From: Rhizodiscina lignyota
Lineage: Eukaryota
Reading direction: 5' to 3'
DNA: 64,000 bases
Assembly (NCBI GenBank): GCA_010015805.1
Contig: ML978121.1
Location: 1,302,001 to 1,366,000, forward strand
Positions within the stretch are counted from its first letter, which is position 1; each line of letters opens with the position of its first letter. The translations under genes were made by a program, and so were the position numbers. This document shows, in pieces, positions 13,461-25,512 of this stretch. The notes under the pieces were generated by a model that was not told where the DNA came from, made no database searches, and saw nothing but the letters and a program-made list of their open reading frames with translations.

Positions 13461-15029
13461 ATGGGGTCTCCGAGCAGCGGCCCCTTACCTCGCTCCGCGC
13501 GAGCAACTGATATCATCCGCTTCTACTCGCGCAAGCTTCTCGTAGCAGCGGCAGCCATCATTTCCTTCACTGTATTATTCTTGCTCTATACGCGTGGCAG
13601 CTCCCTCAACCTCAACTATGGTTCACATCGCCCCCAGCCGATCTCACCGAGCGAGGCTCCCGACAACAAGCCCCCCTCGCCCTTCCATCCGCACTCGCAT
13701 GACAACTTCATCCACCTCGATGCGATCAAGGAGTTCTGGGCGCCGTGGGCGAGTGCGATCCTAGCCTCCAAGCCTCCCATTCCAGAGATAACCGTCAGAA
13801 TGCCTCACTCGAATCTCGGCGTCTCTGAAGAGGAGGCGCGCAAACCGCGCACCCCACCGGCGAACCTCATCAACCTCTCTCCGTCTGAGATGTCGAACCT
13901 CACCGAAGCTCATGCCTCGTTCATGGGTAATCTTGCTGCGTACAAGTACCCTGATCGCGACGTAAACAGCCTTTTCCACCACCGAGGCGTCGTGACAGTT
14001 GCTGGAGGGGAGTACTTCGGCCCTGCAATAGTGGGCATACACATGCTCCGCGCGAGCGGCTGCGATCTGGCAGTGGAAGCTTTCGTACAGAACTGGGATG
14101 AGTATGAGCCAGAGCTGTGCGAGGAGTATCTTCCGAAGCTGAACGCAAGGTGCTTGGTGATAGAGGACTTCTTGTCGGCTCATGTGGACAAGGCACTGGA
14201 GGTCACGCACTACCAGTTGAAGAGCCTGGCGCTTCTGTTCAGTTCGTTTCGGGATGTGCTGCTGCTGGATAGCGACAGTATCCCTCTTGTAGATCCTGCG
14301 AAGCTGTTTCAGTCGGCGGCTTATAAGACCACGGGATTCGTGGGGTGGTCGGACTTTTGGAAGTCAAGTGAGACACCAAGCTTCTGGACTATCGCAGGCT
14401 TGCCTTCCTTCCCAGCGAATCTTCCCTCCCCATGTAGCGAGTCTGGACAGATAGTAGTTGATAAGATGCGACATCTGAAGACCCTACTCCTGGCTACGTA
14501 CTACAATATCTGGGGTCCGAAATGGTTCTATCCTTTGCTCAGCCAGGGAGCGCTTGGCCAGGGAGACAAAAACACGTTTGAAACGGCGGCTGTCGTGCTG
14601 AATTCGCCGTTTTCGAGAGTACCAAAGGGGGTGAAAAGTGTTAGCCGACGGACCGGAGAGCGTGGCGCTGTCAAAGGCTCCGCCATGTTGCAGTTCATGC
14701 CGGAGAACATCTTGCCCGATGGCATGAATGAGGGCTTAGAAGTTATTCCTACGAGCGACAGGCCTGCATTTATACACGCCAATACACCAAAGATGAATGC
14801 TGGACATCTTGTCGATGAAGGGGATCTAGTGACAGACGAAGGGCGGCATCTTAGACTATGGGGCAGTAAAGAAGACCAAGTCAAGATTTTCGGAGAAGAC
14901 CTCGAAAAGAGAGTCTGGTTAATTGTGAAGGAAACAGGGTGCGAGTTGGCGAACGTGGTGAAAGAGTGGAAGGACAGGAAACACCTTTGCAAGAGGCTAA
15001 AAGAGCATTGGAATGAGGTTTTCGGGTAA
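13461..15029 (+). CDS. Alpha-mannosyltransferase, GT71 (MNN2/MNN5 family)
   Basis: Type II membrane anchor, RGVVTVAGG, YQLKSLALLFSSF, DxD motif LLLDSD, ESGQ, GDKNTF. First ATG is 13461. Confidence 0.88.
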   Translation: MGSPSSGPLPRSARATDIIRFYSRKLLVAAAAIISFTVLFLLYTRGSSLNLNYGSHRPQPISPSEAPDNKPPSPFHPHSHDNFIHLDAIKEFWAPWASAILASKPPIPEITVRMPHSNLGVSEEEARKPRTPPANLINLSPSEMSNLTEAHASFMGNLAAYKYPDRDVNSLFHHRGVVTVAGGEYFGPAIVGIHMLRASGCDLAVEAFVQNWDEYEPELCEEYLPKLNARCLVIEDFLSAHVDKALEVTHYQLKSLALLFSSFRDVLLLDSDSIPLVDPAKLFQSAAYKTTGFVGWSDFWKSSETPSFWTIAGLPSFPANLPSPCSESGQIVVDKMRHLKTLLLATYYNIWGPKWFYPLLSQGALGQGDKNTFETAAVVLNSPFSRVPKGVKSVSRRTGERGAVKGSAMLQFMPENILPDGMNEGLEVIPTSDRPAFIHANTPKMNAGHLVDEGDLVTDEGRHLRLWGSKEDQVKIFGEDLEKRVWLIVKETGCELANVVKEWKDRKHLCKRLKEHWNEVFG

Positions 15030-15490
15030 CGTTCAACGAATGCCACAAAATGGTGTGGGGTTGCACGTCTGGTATGGGTAAACGGATATGATTCTGGGCG
15101 GAGGCTGCTCAAGCTGCCACAGCCGAGACGATCAGTTTTGAAACCTGGGGAGGAGAGGGAAACCAAATCGGCCTCTATGATTGCTGAAGGGGGTTTATTC
15201 CGAAGGCTGCACCATCCATGTGCTTGATAGCATGCATCGCAGCGAGAGTGGTCGGTCCTCCCGTCCTGGACTATAATTTGGAGTTACATAGCATCAGCGC
15301 TTTGGATAGATGATCGAGATACCCAGTCGCAACTAATTCCATTCTGTATTCATGGTTTGCGAACAATTTCCAATGCCTATAAGGATTGCCCAATTGCGAA
15401 ACTTTTGGACTCCTTTACTTTCTGCATGCAGGTATTGACATGAACAAAATGCAGACACAATGAGCGAAGCTTATCCAAATTATGTTCCAA

Positions 15491-17501
15491 TTACGCGCCG
15501 TTCACGACCACCTTCGCTTGAGCATCTGGACCGCTCTCTGGCGTGTCATCCGCTTTCAGAGGGCTCAGCTCTGGCGTTGGAAGGCTCATGGTATTTGTCC
15601 TCTTCGGCCTGAAAGGTATTGGTGTGCTCGGCCGACTCGACAAGAACTAGCTGTAGTTAATAAGATAGAAAATGATTTAACTGGAGAGGAAGACTTACGG
15701 ATGACGCAGCGGACAATAGAGCAATCAAAGAAGCCTGTACCACATCCTCATGAATACCAACACCCCACACCTTCTGCGACGAATTGCTCGCCGTGCACTC
15801 AATGAAGGTTGCCGCCTTGACGTCTCTGCCCTCACCAATAGCGTGCTCCTTGTAGTCTGCGACATCTAAGTCGATGCCGAGAGTTCTCAAAGCATTCGCA
15901 AGAGAGGAGATAGCACCATTACCGACACCTTTTATCCTGTGCTCCAGAGCGTCAATCTCAATCACACCTTCAAACATACGCCGGAGATTCCGCGTTGTTG
16001 GGGTCTTTCCTGGTGCTTGTGGTGCGGGAGACGAGGAGCGTTCAGTTGTGATGGAATAGTCGATTAAGTTGAAGCGAGGATTTCGCTTAAGATGGTAAGC
16101 GTCCTCGAAGAGCTGCACGATTTCTCCTGGGAGCAATTCGCGGCCCTTTTGATCTGCTTCCATCTGTACGATTTTGCTGAACGCCACTTGCAAACCGCGA
16201 GGAAGGTCGAGCTCCAGGTGCCGAAGGATGATCCAAGCAACGCCGCCCTTGCCGCTCTGGCTGTTGACGCGAATGATGGCCTCGTACGTACGTCCAATAT
16301 CTCGCGGGTCGAGTGGAAGGTATGGGATAACCCATGGATCTTCATTGCCGGCATTTTGCTTGTCCCTGAATTGAAAGCCTTTCTTGATGGCATCTTGATG
16401 GGAGCCACTGAAAGCGCAGACCACTAACTGGCCACCATAGGGAGTGCGAGGGTGTACAGGAATCTTGTTGGACTTTTCGACGATATCCACGACTGAGTTG
16501 ATGTCACTGAAGTCGATTCCAGGATGAATTCCCTGCGTATACAGATTCAAAGCAAGAGTTACAAGGTCCACATTGCCCGTACGTTCTCCATTTCCGAACA
16601 AGGTGCCTTCCACCCTGTCTGCGCCTGCCATCTGCGCAAGCTCCGCCGCCGCAACAGCGCAACCTCTATCATTGTGAGGATGGAGAGAGATACACATCTT
16701 TTCGCGCTCTGTAATATGGGTGCAGAAGTATTCGATTTGGTCGGCGTACACATTCGGCGTGGACATCTCAACCGTGGCCGGAAGGTTGAAGATGATGGGG
16801 TTCTCGGCCGAAGGCTCCCAAGCCGCCTTTACTGCTTCGCATATTTCGACCGCAAAGTCCATGTCAGAGTCTGAGAATGTCTCTGGCGAAAACTCGAACG
16901 CCCATTCTGTGCCCGCCGTGCTCGGGTCGTCCTTTGTGATTGACCTAATGTGTTTGGTACATTCCACTGCCAGTGCCTTCTCCTCCGCGTTGTTCATACC
17001 AAACACAATTTGTTGAAAACATGGACTCGTCGCGAGGTATAGGTGGATAATGGCCTTCTTTGCGCCTTTGACGGATGCTACCGTGGTTGTGATCAAGTCT
17101 TTTCGACACGGTGTAAGGACTTGGAGCCAAACATCATCTGGTACAACACCTGGCGTTTGAACGAGTCTCCGCGTGAAATCAAAATCGGTCTGTCCCGAGG
17201 ATGGGAAGGAAATTTCGATTTCCTTGTATCCCAGCTTGACGAGCATTTCGAAGTACCGCCATTTCTGGTCGCCATCCTGCGGAATACAAGTTAGCATTTT
17301 TCGAGCTTGACCTAGGATAATATTCTTTATCCTGAGATGTAGCGTTACCATTGGATCAACCAAACTTTGGTTTCCATCACGAAGGTCTGTCGCGAGCCAA
17401 CGGGGAACTTTGTCGATGGACTTGGACGGCCATTGTCGGTTTGGTATGTTCAATGGCTTGAACTTCTTGTATTTTATCGAGGGATCCTTGAGCATAGGCA
17501 T
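15491..17501 (-). CDS. LEU4: 2-isopropylmalate synthase
   Basis: Exons 17501-17349, 17276-15699, 15646-15491. Motifs DLRDGNQ, NLPATVE, HPHNDRG, GNGERTGN, FSGSHQDAIKKG, RVNSQSGKGG and the C-terminal regulatory domain. Confidence 0.97.
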
Positions 17502-17620
17502 GTTGGGTGTTGCTTGCAACTGGTCAATCGCGAGCGGTGGAAAGAAATACAAGGCGAAGGTGACTCGAAATTGCTGGTGACTGTTCAGACGGGCCCTTCA
17601 GCCATTGCATCACGCGGGGT

Positions 17621-17746
17621 CCGATCTTCGGCCTCCACCAAAGCCATGCCCCGCAATTCGAATTTTGACATGCGCACTGGAACATCTTCGCAATAATTCG
17701 TCCTTCGCGCCCTGCGCCATTGATGTGCGCTCTTTCCGCGGAACGG
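17621..17746. promoter_or_regulatory. Two CCG-N5-CGG motifs (candidate LeuB/Leu3 sites) in the LEU4 promoter
   Basis: CCGATCTTCGG at 17621-17631 and CCGCGGAACGG at 17736-17746, 120-245 bp upstream of the LEU4 ATG. Confidence 0.5.
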
Positions 17747-17854
17747 CTCTCACAGAAAATGCGAGTCTTGCACATCGCTGCTCGGAATTGTTTGTTGATC
17801 GCTCCTGTCGTCCACGCCTATCGTCGGCATGATTTTTCTCAGCAAATTGTATAT

Positions 17855-18013
17855 TCCCCTTTGCGCTAAGCCACTCCGGGAATCGGTACATAAGTACCCT
17901 CAGCATCGGTACGGAAGTGCCCATATCACGGGTACCGTAGCACCCAGCCACCCCTAGAGCTGGGGGCCCTAGACCCCCGGAGTTCAGGTACGCCAGGTCT
18001 AGCGCAAAGGGGA
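17855..18013. mobile_element. MITE-like element, copy 1
   Basis: Perfect 14-bp terminal inverted repeat TCCCCTTTGCGCTA (17855-17868) / TAGCGCAAAGGGGA (18000-18013), followed by TA. Colinear similarity with copy 2. Confidence 0.65.
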
Positions 18014-18691
18014 TAGCAAGTAAAGAATCTCTTTTATGACATTTTCTCCCAACCCCATTGGCCATTGTGCAAGTGCCACTAGAGATTTGCATTAGTTTCG
18101 TTCTATTAGACAAACATGCGAACCCATAAGGTTACGGGCAGTCCATTTACTGCCCCATCCCCCAAGAAGAAGAGCACTTAGCAGTAGCAAATATGCTAGG
18201 TGATGCGTGCTGCTCATTCACCTTGATCCTCATAATAGGCCAATGCTCCTTGAAATGCAGCCTCAGCTCATCCATCTCCTCGAACCTCTGGTCATAGCCA
18301 TTAAGTAGATCTTCGTAATCGCCATCAGCCTTCTTGTGCGCCCTTCAATGCCCCCTCGGTCGTGATGCTTCGTCTAATTACCATTCCATCTAGGAAAGCG
18401 CCTGCGAATGCCTTCTCCTTATTTTCATTGCTGAGGTAAATTCGACTCCAACACGAAAGTCTCTAGACAGTTATCACATTCGTATTGCTCTCTTGCTCCG
18501 ATGTGCGCCTCGTAATGCTGTTGTACTTTTCAGGGATCAGAAGACCTGCAACAGTATCCAGTATTGTAAAGCTGGTTGCACAACGCTCGCTGCAATTCTA
18601 TAACGCATCACACAGTCGTTTTGGATTCTATTTGCCTTGATATACGTTTGGAGTTCTTCGAGAAGGTCCTTAATGTCATTGGTCGATGGTA

Positions 18692-18866
18692 TCCCCCTTA
18701 GCGCTAGGGCATTCCCGGCCTCGGTACAGAAGTACCCCCCAGACTCGGTACGGAGGTACCCACATCACGGGACCCCTAGCACCCAGTCCCACCCAAAGCT
18801 GGATGCCTTAACCCCCCGGAATTTAGGTACTAAAACCGAGAATGCCAGGTCTAGCGCCAAGGGGGA
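18692..18866. mobile_element. MITE-like element, copy 2
   Basis: 16-bp terminal inverted repeat TCCCCCTTAGCGCTAG / CTAGCGCCAAGGGGGA (15/16 match), flanked by TA on both sides (18690-91, 18867-68). Internal tandem TCGGTAC...GTACCC repeats. Confidence 0.7.
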
Positions 18867-19507
18867 TAGCCTCTGAATTGTCAGGGGTTTCAAGACTAGT
18901 CCTGATAGAAGCCCGTATCTATCCTCCAAGGATAGTGATGGAATATCGAAAGCTGGATCCTACCAGAAGGCAATGGAATGAGATTAGCACATAGCTCAGA
19001 GCTAGTCTGTGTCCATCGCCGTGTTGCTGATAAGACAACCTCGATGATAGCAACGCAACCCACCTCTTTGGAGATGAGAGATTAGTTGAAAGGCTTGAGA
19101 TGTTCGAGCTCTAAGTGAACCCCCGGAGATCACAGAAATTCCTGCAACCAGAGATTTTGTTAAGTTGTAAAGTCCGAAGGAACTCAACTTTAACTAAACC
19201 ACGTCCAGATCTAGTCCATTTTGTCAACAGCGACTCGCTGTCACTGTCATCAGATATGGTAGATCTTGTACAGAAACGAGGGCCTTATTCACTATTCAGA
19301 TACTTATTTGGCGAGCCGTGAATGAGATACTGGGTCTCTGTCAATGCTGGTGTGCTGGTTCGTAGCGACGATGCCAGATGGATGTCCGGAGTTTTTGTTG
19401 CGCCGAAGCTCCGTCCAGCACGCCAAGCCGCCCACAACCTTTTCGCACCGCATCCAAACCTCACCAACGAGAAGCAAGATAACTTCGACGTCGACAATCC
19501 GCCCATC

Positions 19508-20109
19508 ATGTCGCTCGTCTCAGGAGAGAAGTCGAACTTCCAGTTCATCGTATGTCTCATTCTCGCGATGAGAATGAATGCATATAGGGTACTAACGACT
19601 GATTAGTTGCGTCTCCTCAACACCAACGTCGATGGCAAGCAGAAGGTCATGTACGCCCTGACCAAGATAAAGGGTGTCGGTCGCCGTTACTCCAACTTGG
19701 TCTGCAAGAAGGCCGATGTTGATTTGAACAAGCGGTATGTTCGTCCTTTTCCATATTTGTCGCGTGGTCCAAGTCTTTATCGCAAATACGCTGACTCTAA
19801 TCTCTCTCCAGCGCTGGCGACCTCACCTCCGAAGAACTCGAGCGCATCGTCACTATCATCCAGAACCCGACACAATACAAGATCCCAACGTGGTTTCTCA
19901 ACAGGCAGCGCGACATTGTGGATGGCAAGGATTCGCAGATTCTGGCGAACGGCGTGGACAGCAAGCTGCGTGACGACTTGGAGAGGCTGAAGAAGATCCG
20001 CGCGCACCGTGGTCTCCGTCACTACTGGGGCCTCAGGGTGCGTGGACAGCACTCGAAGACAACTGGCAGGAGGGGAAGGACCGTCGGTGTGTCGAAGAAG
20101 AAGGGTTAA
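19508..20109 (+). CDS. RPS18: 40S ribosomal protein S18 (uS13)
   Basis: Exons 19508-19549, 19607-19734, 19812-20109. [24 protein letters not shown]...[24 protein letters not shown]. Confidence 0.98.
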
Positions 20110-20435
20110 GCTGGTGCATATTGCTGTGGCGATCGTGGGCGTACAGCTATAGGTCTTCGCTTGCGATTATAGTGATGAGCTATGGGGAAACAATGGAAGT
20201 CCAGTTTTGACGATGGGGTGCTCCGTATGAGTGCCAGAGTCGAAAGGGCTTGAAGAGGATGGTGCACATTTACAGATTCGGCACACATGGCGTCCAATGG
20301 TCAAATTCACCACAAAATTAAACTTGTTCAACATGTGCCATATCTCGTTGTCGAACTTTTGTCTAATTCTTCGCGGTGAATGAAAAACGCCATCGAATGC
20401 ACGCTTAAAAACAGTCCGGACATGCAAGGCACCCA

Positions 20436-21523
20436 CTAGTCATCCTCGTGAACAACCGCCATATCAAGGACTTCCGCCCTTGCTCGACCTTTCGTTTGCG
20501 TGCCCACGAATTCCGTCAGCAGCTTATATGCACCGGGCTCAACAAAACCCACAACTTCCCACTCTTCACCGAGAACATCTTGTGTCTCGACTTCCTCCAC
20601 ATAACTCAGGATACGGTCTTTCACCGTCCCTGTAGCCTTCTCGCCAGCATCTGCCCCCTCCTCATTCCCTGCTGAACCCTTGGGTGCAGCTTTGACGGCT
20701 TGCTTCAATATGCTCGTTGGGCACGTTATCCGTAGTCGCATTCGTGCGCGGGCCACTGGTATTATTTGCGCCGCGATAAGAGCCTTCATAGCATCTAGTG
20801 CTTGTGATTTTGCTGATCTGGTTGTGACGACTCCTGTCCAAGATGGTTTGTCTGCTGTCTCGGGCCTTGGCTTGCTCTCTCCATTTTCCCCTGTCACAGG
20901 TGTAGCCGTTCCGCTCCCCGCAGGCGTGTTTCCGCTCGGGGTGCTCTTTCCTTGCGCGAGTCCATGATGTGCGGGCGCTTTTGCGCCTTGTGAACTCAGT
21001 TGGTCCAGCGCTTTCTCGATCATGCCCGTTGTATAAACCCGCTTCGTCTTTGGATCTACCAGCTTGCCAGCGACAATATCGATGACTTCGTTATGTACCC
21101 GCTCCATCTGTGCTTGTCTCTCCTTCTCTCCGACTTGAAGTTCGCCTTTCTTTAGAATCTCTAGAATTATGTCGTCCACTGGGGTCTTGTCGCCGAAAGC
21201 TTTTCGCAAATCTTCCGATGGTGCGACCTGGCCTTTCGAGACATTGAGAAATACATTCGGGATTTGGAGGACGTTGTCGAGGTCTTTCTCTGCGCCTGAT
21301 CGCCATTCGAGCACTTTGTTCTTGTAACATGCGATTTCGAAGCGCTTTTTGCCTGCGGGCTGTGAGCTTCCTTATATCTGGGGAGGGTGGAAAGAGTAAC
21401 CCTTCTTCATTCGTACAAGGGAGACATTTGTGAGTCTTATTTGATTTGACGGCTATGAGAATGTTAGTTTCCAGCTTCATGAATCATAGAAATCTAACTT
21501 ACTTGCTGGATGCCGACAGGCAT
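20436..21523 (-). CDS. SDO1: Ribosome maturation protein SBDS/Sdo1
   Basis: Exons 21523-21503, 21452-21401, 21352-20436. [55 protein letters not shown]. Confidence 0.95.
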
Positions 21524-22029
21524 CGTGGCGTTTGTGAGACTTTTATCTGTGAAGGGCTATGGGTTGCTTGAAGACGAATTTTAGACGTTTAGACGCTTGA
21601 AAGTAAGTCAAGGAAACGTGGAGTCTGAGCCCTATAAATTTATTTGGCTTTGTGCCTTGAGCCCCACGCCTAAATCGATGATTTCAACCTTGATATATAA
21701 GGCGGGCCATGGTCAAAACTTTGACATTACGGTGGGCAAGTCTGGCGCTAAGCCGCAGATCTCTCCGTCGTCGTCATGGCAGCGCTGGCGCCTCCAGCTC
21801 ACTCACTCCCCAAGCTCCCCAGCTCCCAAGAACAAACAACCCATCTCTTCAGGCGATATCCTCCTTTGTTCTTTCCATCAGTTCATCAATCAACTCGTCA
21901 CCAGAAGCTCAGTCTTTATAGTCTTTCCTTAAGTTCTGCCGAGAGCATACTCCGTATCTTATCGCCGATCGCCACTAGCTTTAGGCGCACACGAGAGCAC
22001 CTCCAGCTCTCTCTACAACCCTCACAATC

Positions 22030-23788
22030 ATGAAGCTCGCCTCGACTGGGCTTGTCGTCGGGGCCGCGACCGCTGTCCTTGCACAGCAGCCGCAACAGGT
22101 CTTCAAGCTTCCCGATGCAATCGTCGATAAAGCTGGCCCCAGTGACTGGAAAGCACCCCTCCACCACCTCGGAGATGCGCTCAAGTCGCTTACATCAGAG
22201 GCTCAAGAACTGTGGGACGAGGTCGCTGCTATGTTCCCCGAGTCGTTTGAAAAGGCAAACTTCTGGTCGACCCCAAAGCCGCACACTCGCAGACATGACA
22301 GCCATTGGGACCACATCATGCGCGGTGAGGACGTACAAGCCGTATGGGTAGAGAACGAGAATGGAGAACAGGAGAGAGAGCTCGATGGCAAGCTCAATAC
22401 CTATAACCTGCGCACGAAGAAAGTGGACCCAAAATCGCTTGGTGTCGATAAGGTGAAGCAATACAGCGGGTATCTCGATGATGAAGAGAATGATAAGCAC
22501 TTGTTCTATTGTAAGTGTCCGCACATCATTAAACTATTATTTTACCACAGTTGTACGCATGATTAACTGTCCCAGGGTTCTTCGAATCTAGAAACGACCC
22601 AAAGAATGACCCTGTAGTCTTGTGGCTCAACGGTGGCCCAGGCTGCTCCTCCTTGACCGGCCTATTCATGGAGCTCGGCCCCGCGAGCATCACAAAGGAC
22701 ATCAAGATCAAGCATAATCCTTATTCCTGGAACTCCAACGCCAGCGTCATCTTCCTTGACCAACCTGTCAATGTCGGATATTCGTACAGTGGAAGCTCTG
22801 TGAGCAACACTGTTGCTGCGGCTAAGGATGTCTATGCACTCCTCACCCTGTTCTTCAAGCAGTTTCCGGAGTATGCAGAGCAAGATTTCCACATCTCTGG
22901 CGAATCCTATGCTGGCCACTATATCCCCGTCTTCGCCTCGGAGATCCTGAGCCACAAGAAGAGGAACATCAACCTCCAGTCTGTGCTCATTGGGAACGGG
23001 CTCACTGATGGATTGACCCAATATGAATACTACAAACCCATGGCCTGCGGTGAAGGTGGCTGGCCTGCGGTCCTCGACGCTAGCGAGTGCCAGTCTATGG
23101 AGAATGCTTACCCGCGCTGCGCTTCTCTTATCCAGAACTGCTACAACAGTGAATCTGTCTGGTCCTGCGTACCAGCATCGATCTACTGCAACAATGCCAT
23201 GCTCGGACCTTATCAACGCACTGGACAAAACGTTTATGACGTGCGCGAGAAGTGCGATGATTCGAACTCTCTTTGCTACCCAGATTTGGACTGGATCAGC
23301 AAATACCTTAACCAGAAGGACGTTATGGAGGCCCTCGGTGCTGAAGTGTCGAGCTATGACAGCTGCAACTTCGATATTAACAGGAACTTTTTGTTACAAG
23401 GTGACTGGATGAAGCCCTTCCACAGGCTCGTCCCCGGCATTATCGAGCAGATCCCGACTCTCATCTATGCTGTAAGTGGTGTCACCCACAATTGAGTGAA
23501 GCATGAGAACTGATAAATTGACAGGGCGACGCCGACTTCATCTGCAACTGGCTCGGCAACAAAGCCTGGACCGAGGAACTTGAGTGGCCGGGACAAGCTG
23601 CTTACCAGAAAGAGGAGATGAAGGACCTGAAGCTCACAGACAGCTCTAAGAATATTGGTGGCTACAAGAGCAGCGGAAACTTCACCTTCATCAGACTGCA
23701 CGCAGGTGGCCACATGGTTCCTCACGATCAGCCCGAGGCAAGTTTGGACATGCTCAACAGATGGCTAAGTGGAGAGTGGGTTGCGTAA
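22030..23788 (+). CDS. cpyA: Carboxypeptidase Y (S10 serine carboxypeptidase), prepro form
   Basis: Exons 22030-22510, 22576-23471, 23525-23788. Signal peptide, [30 protein letters not shown]. Confidence 0.97.
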
Positions 23789-24178
23789 GGATTTAGCACT
23801 GCTCGTGGAATTGGTGGACTGCGGCACTACGCAGTCTGTGACCCAGTCAAATTTCCTGCGGTCCGTGTAAGCTCATTGCGTAGATCTTGCGCACCGTCAA
23901 ATGTGCGCTTGACCTGCATGGGAAACCTGTATTTTAACCTGGCGACTTCGGTGATTTCTGCCTGCGTACATATTGGCTTTGCAGTCGCAGAATGCCAGGT
24001 AGCTAAATGGTTGTGTTCCGGTAGACTGTAGTTCCAATTGAATAGACCCTCCTGCGACAATAGCTAGAAATTGTATGTTGGCGTTAGATATTTGACAAAT
24101 TCCCTCTCATTACTGATTCGATTACCCGACCAGCAAACGCAGGACAGCACACAGGGTGGACTTAGTTTAAATGACCTT

Positions 24179-25512
24179 TCAGTTCTGCTCGTCAAGCCTG
24201 TCCATATAGTCTTCTGCTTCTTGGATATGTTTTGGTAAATCAACGTCCCAAATATAATCCCACCGCCCCGTCAACGCGTTCTTCAGTTTCCCTAGATCGT
24301 TCCCAACGCCCTCCTTCTGACCCATCATGATCACGCCAGTCTCCCTGCTCAGCGCACCAATCTTCTGCGTTCGAGGCCTCCGTACATAATCAAACGCTAG
24401 AAGCGCTGCTGGCACTTGTGACCTGGATTTCACACGTCCCAACATCCGCGAGAGGAGCATCGCATCTTCAATCGACTGGCCAGCGCCGCTACCTTGCCAC
24501 GGCTCGAATGCATGTGCGGCGTCACCCATGATGCAGACATTGCCTTTAGCATATGTTGGTGCATTTGGTTGCACAAACATGCTCCAGCGTGTAAGGTCTG
24601 GATTTTGCAACAGAACCTGATAGCAGCTCGTTAGTCAACCCCTTATATTCTCCGAATACGGAGCACTACCTCTGCCATGCCTCTCCCATGTTTGCCCCAA
24701 TCTTCGAACTCTTTCCGCACCACCGAAGGCAGAACAGGCAAAACCCATTTCTCCGATGGCCACGGCCCATCCATTGGGAAAACTGCTGCGACCTGTATCA
24801 TCTTGCCATTATCATTGACGTCGTGCAACAGGAGTCCGCCACCACCGATGAAACCATACTGGCACTCGTCCACGAAATGCCTCGGCTCCATCTTCGCCAG
24901 CACATCCTCCTTTGGCACAACGTTGAAGTAATGGTAATACCCGGCAAATACAGGTTTTGAAAACTCGCTGTCCTCGCCAAACATATACTTCCTCACCGCG
25001 CTGTGAATGCCATCAGCACCAATCACCACATCCACTGTCACCGAAGTCTCATCCATAAAAGTCAACTCGATTGCTTCCCCCTTCTCCTCCATACTCTTTA
25101 ACTTCTTTCCACCATGCTTCTTCTCCTCGGGCACGCAAGCAAGAATCTCCCGCACCCACTGCGCACGATGGACTACCAATTGCGTTACCTCATGGGAAAG
25201 CTCAAACACCACCTTGCCCTCATCTGGGCCTTTTCCCATCATCATCCGTGCATCCGGCCACATTGGCACGGCGCCTGCGCGCTCGAGCGTTTTGGCGGCT
25301 TCCGGACTCACGAGGTCGAGAGCGCGACGAGCGTTAACAGAGAGTCCGACACCGGCGCCACGTTCCCAGAAGTCTTTGGATGCCTCGTAAATGTGTGCGT
25401 CGACGTTGGGGTGTTGAAGGAGACCGGCAGCAACGAGGCCGCCTGCTATTCCACCGCCGATGATGGCGATGCGGATATGCGGCAGCTCCGAATGTTCGCC
25501 ACTTGTCGCCAT
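24179..25512 (-). CDS. FAD-dependent monooxygenase (salicylate hydroxylase-like, class A)
   Basis: Exons 25512-24670 and 24616-24179. GGGIAG, GADGIHS and MGDAAHAFEPWQGSGAGQSIED fingerprints. Confidence 0.92.

Noticed and set aside
17277..17348. Stop-free 3n introns (LEU4 72 nt; also TES1 47130-47201 and NUP98 52803-52907) read through in the ORF track
   Set aside because: Canonical splice signals, and they interrupt conserved sequence; a few stop-free short introns are expected by chance.
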